64,000 bases of DNA. Source: Mytilus edulis. Taxonomy: Eukaryota. The position numbers were made by a program, and so were the translations under genes. Shown here in pieces: positions 27,401 through 39,400 of the stretch (position 1 is the first letter of the stretch; each line of letters begins with the position of its first letter). The notes below the pieces were generated by a model. The model saw only the letters and a program-made list of their open reading frames with translations. It did not search any database and was not told where the DNA came from. The stretch is taken from positions 34,224,001-34,288,000 of the forward strand of contig NC_092352.1 of assembly GCF_963676685.1 (NCBI RefSeq), in the 5' to 3' direction.

Positions 27401-30400
27401 CAGAAGGGGGACCATAGAAATTGTCCCTATAAGGCCAAAAACCAGGTTGGTTTGGCATAAACCCACCATAAGGGTAAGACTGTGGCCAAGGTGGCTGAGA
27501 CCATGAGGGTAAAGGTTGTGTGCCCGTGTTGGGAAGCATATACCCACAATAGGATAATGGGGGTCTAGAACCTGGCAAGTTCAAGCCCATAGCTGTACCT
27601 GGGACAGAACTAATAGTACCCGCTGAATTAACAGACCTAGATAAAGTATGAGTCACCGAAGTTGACGTAGGTACCCCCCCAAAATGCATGGCCGAACCTT
27701 GTGAAAGGGTCGGATAGGTAGCAATACCAGACACCGTTGTCGAAACTCCGGTCAATGTACTGGTAGTTTGGGGGGGACTTAAAGGTAGTGACCCATCTAA
27801 GAGATAGTCCGAACCAGGAATACTTACATACGGACTATTCAAATTAAAGTCCATAATAAATTTTACTTTAGTCAAAAACACAAATAATTTGTTTAGAAAT
27901 TTAAACAAAACAAGGGAATATATTTCCAATAAAATACACAATATATATGAAAAGCAATTAAGCTATTCAAAAAACTAAACACTTCTCTGTTGAATCTGTA
28001 AAACTTGATGTGCACGTGTGACCGATGTCGCAGATGGAAATTGAATGGAAGAATATGGGCAAACAGGGGTATATGTCCGGACCAGTGAGAGTACGTTTAT
28101 TTTTAGTTGGGATTTTCCATCTGACCTATGACGCAATTGGGGTTACACTCAGAATTTATGATGGTAACGTATTTATAGCTATAAAATTTATAAAGTTGCC
28201 ATGATAATGTCTGTATACAAGAATGTTTGTACCATTTTATCAGGAAAAGTTGTTTGATTGGTGGCAAAGTTAACAGGTACAAAAAATAATAATGTATTAA
28301 ATGTATCTAAAATCTTGTAAGTGAATCAAATTACTGATCAAGTATAAAAGTAAAATATAGTTGGTCTTTGGTGGAGAGTTATCTCATTTGCAATCATACA
28401 ACTACTTCCCATTTCTATAATTAGGTACCTTATTAAATATGAATGGGTTGTGGGTGTGAAAAAGATGCATCCCAACCCTCCATTTTTTTTCTTTCAGGAA
28501 CAGCCAATAAAATTAAAACTGTAGGAAATCTTTAATCCATAACCCACAACGCTTGATTATGTGTGCAACATTGATGTGATATAACCCCTAACATGATTCT
28601 AAAATACCCCTAATCATAAGATACGGACTTAATAATTAAATACTTACTTAGTTTCTTTAGTATTTACAAATACATCTTCAAACAGTAGCTTTTGTTCTTC
28701 TGCTTCCGTCACTTCACCAGATGGTTGTATATCTATTGTGGAGGAGAAACAACCTAGTAATCTTACTGCTTCTGTCAGACTATCATATCTTACCTGTTAT
28801 AAAATAAAATGTAAAAATAATGTATAATACATTTTATGATTTCAATTATGTCAAATCAAACTAAAAAATTTAGAACACCAAAATTGACAAAATGTTTGTG
28901 TCATACCAGCCCTAGTGGTCATCTTGATTAAATTGCCACAGACTGAAAAATGTTAAGACAATAGGGTATAATATATTATGTAAGTTTGACAATATAGATG
29001 ACAACTTCGACAATGCAAGTCAACAAAGTGTAAGCTCACATAGTTAAGCAGTTGTATAAAGCTGATGTCCAGAATCATTATTGTTGTATTTGTCACACAG
29101 TTAGAGTACTGAAAAAACTGTCTTCAGCTTACTTAATACATACCTCAGTCTCAAAGAATTTGGCATTAGCAGGTTCATATCTCATGGCTACAGTTATAGT
29201 ACTGAACACTGTCTTTAACATACTTAATACATCTACTCTTCTTACTGAAACATTCAATAATCCAATCATATAAGACAAGGAAATAAACATTATAGTTTAT
29301 CTTAGTTTATACTTAGTAAGTGTAAATCCTCATGAATTTAATAACCACACCAAACGTTTATGTATCGTACTCAGAAAATAAAATTTGAATAAATATCCAC
29401 TTTTACAATATATATATAAAAGAACAAGAATGTGTCCCCAGTACACGGATGCCCCATCCGCACTATCATTTTCTATGTTCAGTGGACCGTGAAAATGGGG
29501 TTAAATCTCTAATTTGGAATTAAAATTAGAAAGATCATATCATACAGAACATATATACTAAGTTTCAAGTTGATTGGAATTCAACTTCATCAAAAACTAC
29601 CTCGACCAAAAACTTTAACCTGACATGGGACAGACGGACGAACGGACGAACGAACGAACAGACGGAAGCACAGACCAGAAAACATAATGCCCATAAATGG
29701 GGCATAAAAAGGGAAACCTTAACTTTAACTGAGATTTACCTTGATCCCAGGGTACTTTAGGTGGATCACATAAACAACCTTCCATAGATACTAAGACAGA
29801 CATGACATACACAAAGCCTCCTACTCTACGGAATACTGTTCTTGATCTGTGGCTTTCTCGCAATACATTCAGCAGTGCCTAAAACATAATGTTTTTGGTG
29901 AAACAATTACAATAGAATTACTGTAAAAATTATAATTTTGAGATATCTCAGATTTGTAAAAAAAAAATATAGTTCAGTGTTTCAGTTTAAGAAATTATAA
30001 CAAAAGATAGACATGTAAACATCAATATCAGTGCCTTTTTGCTGAGAATAAGTGGGAAATAAATACAGAAGACAGGAATATATTTCTTTGATTTAGAATA
30101 GTATTTTTTTTTATAGAAAATCTTATTCAAATGAAATCTTCTATATTTTTCCTTGCTTTTATTCTATACATTGCGGGAATTTCTCGCTACATTGAAGACT
30201 TGTTGGTGACCTTCTGCTGTTGTTTTTTTCTATGGTCGGGTTGTTGTCTCTTTGGCACATTCCCCATTTCCATTCTCAATTTTATTATTGGATATCTTTT
30301 TTTAAAAGTTACCTTTAGAATATGTGTTTTAAGTTGAAGTGACAACACTGGTGAAGAATGCATCAGACCAAGTAATGTTCCCATGTCATCATCACCACCA

Positions 30401-33400
30401 GGGGACAGCACTAGTTGTTGTACAATATTTAAAGTCTGATGACGACACTGCTTATGTGGAATCATGGTATGAGCACAGCGAGCACCACCACACTCTCTAA
30501 AAACATCTGAAATTCAATAAAGTTGAAATAAAATAAGTCATCTTATAAAGCAGTTCAAGAACATTATAATCTAAAGACCAGATGCTCCGCAGGGCGCAGC
30601 TTTATACGACCGCATAGGTTGAACCCTGAACGGTTGGGGCAAGTATGGACACAACATTCAAGCTGGATTCAGCTCTAAATTTGGATTGTGATTAAATAGT
30701 TGACACAGCATAGGTTTTGGACACAGAATGAATGTGGTCTAATGAACTTAAAATATTTTTTTTGTCTTTGAGCAATCACTATGCTGTTGAATATTAATCC
30801 TCTCAAAAAAATGTTTGAAGAAATTTATTTATGAAATCTGAAATGAGAAAAATTAAACCCCCCCCCCCCCCCCACCATTTTTTTCACATCCCCCTTTCCC
30901 TTTATTCAAAACTGATCTCAAAATTCAAATTTCTAATGGAGTTTGCAACAATAACTACTCATTTAAATACATCATAAAATATTAAAATGTAACAAAAAGT
31001 GCTTGTTATCACTGAATGGTAAAGAGTGTTTTAATTTATCAGTTGGTAGTAAAAGTGAATATCCATTGTGCATTGTATAAAACAATGATTTAAGTTGATT
31101 CAACTACTATTCTGGACAAAGAAAGATAACTCCAATCAATTGAAAATTTCTTGCTATTGCACAATATTGTGCAATTAGATATTTCTTGCTATTGCGCAAT
31201 ACTGTGCAATTGAAAATATTTGCTATTGCACAATACTGTGCAATTGAAGATTTCTTGCTATTGCACAATACTGTGCAATTGAACATTTTTTGCTATTGCA
31301 CAATACTGTGCAATTGAAGATTTCTTGCTATTGCTGAATACTGTACAATTGAAAATTTCTTGCTATTGCACAATACTTAATATAATAATTTTGGATCCTG
31401 ATTTGAACCAACTTGAAAACTGGGCCCATAATCAAAAATCTAAGTACATGATTAAATTCAGCATATCAAAAAAGCCAAAGAATTCAATTATTATTAAAAT
31501 CAAACTTAGTTTAATTTTGGACCCTTTGGTATTTAATGTAGACCAATTTGAAAACGGGACTTAAAATTAAGAATCTACATACACAGTTAGATTTGGTATA
31601 TCAAAGAACCCCAATTATTCAATTTTTGATGAAATCAAACAAAGTTTAATTTTGGACCCCGATTTGGACCAACTTGAAAACTGGGCCAATAATCAAAAAT
31701 CTAAGTACATTTTTAGATTCAGCATATCAAAGAACCCCAAGGATTCAATTTTTGTTAAAATCAAACTAAGTTTAATTTTGGACCCTTTGGACCTTAATGT
31801 AGACCAATTGGAAAACGGGACCAAAAATTAAGAATCTACATACACAGTTAGATCCGGCATATCAAAGAACCCCAATTATTCAATTTTTTATGAAATCAAA
31901 CAAAGTTCAATTTTGGACCCTTTGGGCCTCTTATTCCTAAAAACCTGTTTGGACCAAAACTCCCAAAATCAAACCCAACCTTCCTTTTATGGTCATAAAC
32001 CTTGTGTTTAAATTTCAAAGATTTCTATTTACTTATACTAAAGTTATGGTGCGAAAACCAAGAATAATGCTTACTTGGGCCCCTTTTTGGCCCCTAATTC
32101 CTAAACTGTTCAGACCTCAACTCCCAAAATCAATCCCAACCTTCCTTTTGTGGTCATAAACCTTGTGTTTAAATTTCATTGATTTCTCTTCACTTATACT
32201 AAAGTTATTGTGCGAAAACCAAGATTAATGCTTATTTGGGCCCTTTTTTGGCCCCTTATTCCTAAACTGTTCAGACCTCAACTCCCAAAATCAATCCCAA
32301 CCTTCCTTTTGTGGTCATAAACCTTGTGTCAAAATTTCATAGATTTCGATTTACTTAAACTAAAGTTATAGTGCGAAAACCAAGAAAATGCTTATTTGGG
32401 CCCTTTTTGGCCCCTAATTCCTAAAATTTTGGGACCAAAACTCCCAAAATTAATCCCAACCTTCCTTTTGTGGTTATAAACCTTGTGTTAAAATTTCATA
32501 GATTTCTATTCATTTTTACTTAAATTAGAGTGCGAAAAACTAAAAGTATTCGGACAACGACGACGACGCAGGACGACTACGCCAACGTGATAGCAATATA
32601 CGACGAAAAATTAAAATTTTTGCGGTCGTATAAAAAGAAAATCAATATTAGAAAACAGAGCTTTTTTTATTTACACAAACAGCTATAATCAATATAATTA
32701 CTTACACATGTGACTTGTCATCACTTTTGAACATGAATGGCATTCTCTGACAATATAAAGTAGTGTTAATTTTAAAAGTTTTGTTTCAAATCAGAAATAT
32801 AACTATAACATTAAGCACTGAAATATCTAAGACTTAGTTAATTCAATGAAACTGATTAGCCCTACACGAAGTAAACAAATATGCAAAGCTTTCTTTTGTT
32901 CAGTGTTTTGAAGATGAAAGTATTAATAAAGGTTGTGACTTTTTTCATAACATTAAAATAAATGTTTAGCCATGACTCACCAGCATTTTTACTATTTCCA
33001 CTCAGAAGAGCTGTCAGACACTCCATGACCAGAGATCCTAATTCTTGTTGGTCAGCATCAATTGGCTCTGATTCTACTATAATTAAATACAATTATTAAT
33101 GTTCGTTGTATAATAGTTGTATAGTAATCAAGAGTTATTTTAGCATGTATTACTTGTTGATTATTTTGCATAATTTAATTTGTCTAATCCATATTCTTTG
33201 GAATATAATGGCTTTTATTGTCCTACTGTTTTATACAAAAATAAAATAATAAATTCTGATCATAAGATGGTTTGCAAAGGATTATTTGTAAAGATATAAA
33301 ATTTTGCCTTTATTGATTTTATTCATCAAATACACATTTTAATCATTACAGAAATTAAATTTAATTCTTACGCATGGGTAATAGAATGCTCTTGTTGTGT

Positions 33401-36400
33401 TTCAAAGCATCTATATTCAATTGACTCAAAATTTGGATTTTATTTTTTTTTTTGTATTCATGCTTTTCACAAGTTTCTTTCTTTAATTTATTGATGATTT
33501 AAAGAAAATAATTTTCAAAATCTCTAAAGATTGCACTTTGTAATTACAGCTGTTTCTCAAACCACACCTCTTTTGGGGAGATTTAGAATATTCATAGAAA
33601 ATTAATTTTGTTTACATACTGGTTCCCAGTTCTGATCTGTAGGTTGCATCTTATCAAGACATAACTTGGAAAAGTTACCAGAAAATATACATGTGAATAT
33701 TGTTTATATTGAAATCTATAGTAAACCTACAGTCGAGGTAGGAATAGTTAAGAAATTTAGTGTTAGTTTAAACTCTTAGAATTTTGGGGCATACGAACGT
33801 TGAAAATATGCCGCACAGCCCTACATTTTGACCTTTGAAAAAAATAGTAGTGCATATGAACTTTCTATTCTAGGATATGATTTTTTCAAAACCTCATAGT
33901 ACAGTGGTACAGTTTTAGCCGTAAAGGGAGTTCCTATGGGAAAATGCATTGTCCATATTTACAGAAATGCAACCTATATGCTTAGTAATCTGAGAAATAA
34001 TGTTATCAACATCAATTAAAATCTCGTAATTTTATCTGGAACAAATGTTAATTCTAATAAGCATAAACTCTTTAAAATGTAATTTGTAGTAAACATTTAC
34101 CTGTATCATTATCTGGAGTTTTCAACAGAGCAGCATATCTGTGTAAACATGTGATCATCACTTCTAACATTCCAACGTCTCGGAAAACATCTTTATAGAT
34201 TGTGTGGGTTTGTAAAATCTTCAGTAGACTCTTCATACAAAGTATATTGCACTGTGTGGAACTGTAAACAAAAATTATTTAATTAATTAATGAGGTGTGC
34301 TTTATATGTACATGTATATAAATTTTACATATCTTTTCATTTATATATTTTTTCATTCAAAATAAGTGACCCACAATAGGTGGATACACTGTGAAAAAGG
34401 TAATTTAACCAAATTTCTTGACATCATTATTAACCTCATGAGACCGAGATGCAAGAAGACTGTGTTATAAAAGCAAAAGAGTAATGGAACTATGTGCAAA
34501 CTTACTGGTCTGATTTGGTGAGTATACTTAACTATGTGAAAACTTACTGATCTGATTTGGTGAGTATACTTACTGTATACAACTTACTGATCTGATTTAG
34601 TATACTGAACTATGTGCAAACTTACTGGTCTGATTTGGTGAGTATACTTACTGTATACAACTTACTGATCTGATTTAGTATACTGAACTTTGTGAAAACT
34701 TACTGATCTGATTTGGTGAGTATACTTAACAATGTGAAAACTTACTGATCTGATTTGGTGAGTATACTTAACTATGGGAAAACTTACTGATCTGATTTGA
34801 TGAGTATTCTTAACTATGTGAAAACTTACTGATCTGATTTGGTGAGTATACTTAACAATGTGAAAACTTACTGATCTGATTTTGTAAGTATACTTAACTA
34901 TGGGAAAACTTACTGATCTGATTTGATGAGTATACTAAACTATGTGAAAACTTACTGATCTGATTTGATGAGTATACTTAACTATGTGAAAACTTACTGA
35001 TCTGATTTGGTGAGTATACTTAACTATGTGAAAACTTACTGATCAGATTTGATGAGTAAGCTGATACTGATGAGTTCTTTACAGGGTACAAAATTCAAAT
35101 CATACACAATAAACTCCAGGAGCTCAAAAAACTTTTCCTGTAACAAAAGAATTTTATGATTTATACATGTGAACATATTAGGGAAGTAAACAAGTATTTC
35201 AGTATGACTTCAGGAAAAAACATTTTTATAACTTCAGGAAAACAGAACTTTTTAATATACAAATGTATTATAGATAACATATTTTGCAATTAATTTTTGG
35301 TCAGACAGATGAATTATTGCAGTTGGCCTGACTATATGTCTAACAGTCCTTTAAATGTATTTTGTGAAGCTTTATGTAATAGGCAAATTAATAAATAGAT
35401 AAATTAATAAATAGGCAAATTAATAAATAGATAAATTAATAAAAAGGCAAATTAATAAATAGATAAATTAATAAAAAGGCAAATTAATAAATAGATAAAT
35501 TAATAAATAGGCAAATTAATAAATAGATAAATTAATAAATAGGCAAATTAATAAATAGATAAATTAATAAAAAGGCAAATTAATAAATAGATAAAATAAT
35601 AAATAGGCAAATTAATAATAACAAGCCTTCCTTTTACGTACCTGAACATCTTGTGGTTTCAGATAGATTTTTTCTACAAACTGTGACATGGTATGTTGTG
35701 GTTCTAATATGAAGTAGTTAGCATTGTCTTGGTGATATATACTGTTGATGACCTCTAAAATGGTATTACAAAGACAGCTTGTGGAACCCTGAAAAGGGGA
35801 TTCAGTTATTTAATAATTATATCATGTAATAATAAAACATGAAAATTAATAGTTAATTTTACATGCCAATTATTTCATATGATAATACAACATATTCTAA
35901 TAAATAGGGACAATTAATAAACAAGAATGTGCCCATAGTACATTGATGCCCCACTCACACTTTCATTTTTTATATTCAATGGATAGTGAAAAATCTAATT
36001 TGGCATTTAAATTAAAAAGATCATATCACAGGGTACATGTGTTCTAAGTTTACAGTTGATTGGACTTCAATTTCAACAAAAACTACCTTGACCAAAAACT
36101 TTAACCTGAAACTTGCACTATCATTTACTATGTTCAGTGGACTGTGACATTGTGGTCAAAAATCTAATTGTGCATTAAATAAGATAGACCATGTCATAAG
36201 GAACATGTGTTTTAAGTTTCAAGTTGATCAAAAACTACCTTAACCTGAAGAGGGACAGACGGACGAATGAATGGACGAACGAACAGTCAGACGAACCAAC
36301 AGATGTATGGACGCACAGACCAGAAAACATAATGCCCCTCTTCTATCGTAGGTAAGGCATAACAAGAGGCTCTAAAGAGCCTGTGTCGCTCACCTTGGCC

Positions 36401-39400
36401 AATGCGAATATTAAACAAAGGACGCAGATGGATTCATGACAAAATTGTGTTTTGGTGATGGTGATGTGATGTAAATCTTACTTAACTGAACATTCTTGCT
36501 GCTTACAATTATCTCTATCTATAATGAACTTGGCCCAGTAGTTTTAGTGGAAAATGTTAGTAAAAGTTTACAAATTTTATGAAAATTGTTAAAAATTGAC
36601 TATAAAGGACAATAACTCCTTAGGGGGTCAATAGATCATTTTGGTCATGTTGACTAATTTTAAGGTCTTACTTTGCTGTACATTATTGCTGTTTACAGTT
36701 TATCTCTATCTATATTAATATTCAAAATAATAACCAAACACAGCAAAATTTCCTTAAAATTACCCAATTCAGGGGCAGCAACCTAACAACGGGTTGTCCA
36801 ATCAATCTGAAAATTTCCTGGCATATAGATCTTTACCTGATAAACTATTTAACCCCGTCAGATTTGCTCTAAATGCTTTGGTTTTTTTAGTTATAAGCCA
36901 AAAACTGCATTTTACCCCTATGTTCTATTTTTAGCAGTGGTGGCCATCTTGGTAAGATGGCCCGGTCATCGGACACATTTTTCAAACAAGATACCCCAAA
37001 GATGATTGTGGCCAAGTTTGGATTAATTTGGCCCAGTGGTTTCAGAGTAGAAGATTTTTGTAAAAGATTACTAAGATTTATGAAAAATAGTTAAAAATTG
37101 ACTATAAAGGGCAATAACTCTTAAAGGGGTCAACTGACCATTTCGGTCATGTTGACTTATTTGTAAATCTTACTTTGCTGAACATTATTGCTGTTTACAG
37201 TTTATCTCTATCTATAATAATAATCAAGATAATAACCAAACACAGCAAAATTTCCTTAAAATTACCAATTCAGGGGCAGCAACCCAACAATGGGTTGTCC
37301 GATTCATCTAAAAATTTAAAGCCAGATGGATCTTGAACTGATAAACAATTTTACCCCATGTCAGATTTGCTCTAAATACTTTAGTTTTTGAATTATAAGC
37401 CAAAAACTGCATTTTACCCCTATGTTCTATTTTTAGCCATGGTGGCCATCTTGGTTGGTTGGCCGGGTCACGCCACACATTTTTTAAACTAGATACCCTA
37501 TAATGATTGTGGCCAAGTTTGGTTAAATTTGGACCAGTAGTTTCAGAGGAGAAGATTTTTGTAAAAGTTAACGGACGACGACGACGACGGACGCCAAGTG
37601 ATGAGAAAAGCCAAGTGAGCTAAAAAATTAATACCATAAATTATCAGGAAAACATTTAGAGAAAGTTTAGATGGGAGCCATCAAAGAAGGCCAGGCAAGG
37701 ATGTATTACTTCAAATAACTTTGTGGTTATGATCATCATTGTAAAGTTGCTTACATGAAATCAACACTTTTCAATGGTGGTAAATAATTTTGTCAAATTT
37801 CATGTCCAATATCATCAGTTTTAAAATATGCACAGGGCTAACTTAGTTGGTGAATTTTTTTTTATCAAAACTAATGAATTAATTGTAAAGACTTAACAAC
37901 AAATTTTATTCCAAACTTCTATCACAAAATATTGTTTCAACAGTATTTCAAAAAATTTTGAAAGCTGAAAATCAAGATGCTTGACTGTAATTGTATTACA
38001 AACCTTCAGGAAAACTGACTGCAACACTTGAAAAGCTTGAATATTCCGTACACTAACACCTAAAGCATAATAAAGCTATAATTAATAAATAGTATTACAA
38101 TTTTTAGCTAGACCTGTATTCATTCTATGTCATTTTATATTTAAGATCAAGGAAGTTGTTTTGATAACGAAGAATTGTTTCCTTATTAAACAGAAAACCT
38201 TCGGTAAAACAAAACAAATGATATCTATCTATATCTGTACAATACTAATTTTATTTTCAACAAACCATTTTTTTTTTAAATTAAACTTTTTACACAGTTT
38301 TTGGTTGCTGTGTTCTAAATGGTCCTTGATTCCAAAATGTTCTTCCCAAATTGCAGACACTACTGTAATATATTACTATTTTTAAAAAGCTTGATTCCAA
38401 ATATAGACTACACATGTGTTTAATATAATAGTTTAATACTTAACAGTAACTATCTTTTAAACTTTTAGTCCTTCTACAATTTATACAGTATTAGTAATTT
38501 ATCATCACTATTTAATAATAAATCGAAAGATAATATACATGCATTTTATCCAGATATACATTCTATTTCAACTAGTAATACCATACTGACCATGTAAGTG
38601 CTATATATGTTAAGATATTTTGTAATCTAACACATGCAACACAGAGAATAACAAATCTGATCTCCAAACACCACAAAAAACCCAAAAACAAACAAAAAAT
38701 TGGTCATGTTTTGAATGATCCTTTTCTTCTTTTTCGAATTAAAGACCCCCCCCCCCCCCCTCTTTCTTTAGAGATTCAAAAGGTTTAATGGTATGAATGT
38801 GTATTTTAATAAACATAACACACATAAAAAGATCACATCCAAAAATTAATATCTAAAGCATTTACTTGTGCAAATAGAGAAAGTCTAGACAAAATGGGTG
38901 CAATATTCTTTATGGTTTACATGAAGCTTAGAGAAAGAGAAATAAGACCAGCTTTTGTTTCTTATGACGTTGAGTGTTAAAGATGAAACAAAGAATATAA
39001 CATCACAAGCTATATGCCACACAAGCCACTATAACTATATTCAGTGATTTTGCTAGCGCTCGTCACTTTCGTATTTTACGAAAAGGTTTTCGAAATGACG
39101 AAAATATTTCATATCAATTTCGTCACTTAAATTTAGAAAATTTGTAAAAGTATTTACACATCAAATTACTTGAATTCTACCTGTCTTTATGATTCTGGCA
39201 AGTTTATGGCCCTCAGGTAATTAACGTTTACCAAAGGTGTTAAAAGTTGTGATGACAAGTAATCCGCTTATCGCCAATCAGATGGGTCACTAATCCCTTA
39301 ATTATCATTATAAAACCTCATAAATGACCATCATAATAATCTATTTAAGTTAAATCAGTCAGTCAGCATTTCATTTTAATCATTTCTCACAGTTCAGTCG

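Larger units (their letters stand above)
22621..28188 (-). mobile_element. Full-length DIRS1-type tyrosine-recombinase retrotransposon in WDFY3 intron 15
   Basis: Identical 132-bp ITR cores (22663-22794 and 28036-28167) with different terminal extensions; ICR at 22847-22944; gag, RT/RH/MT and YR ORFs all open. Confidence 0.96.

Noticed and set aside
27855-27941. N-terminal hydrophobic extension of Gag in the ORF track
   Set aside because: Starts at TTG in T-rich leader sequence; the first AUG is at 27854
22621-28188. Prophage/bacterial integrase or LTR (Gypsy) element
   Set aside because: ITR+ICR architecture and the RT-RH-MT plus YR combination are diagnostic of DIRS; no protease, DDE integrase or direct LTRs
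34488-35060. CRISPR array
   Set aside because: Contiguous tandem units without spacers, in a eukaryotic intron, with no cas genes
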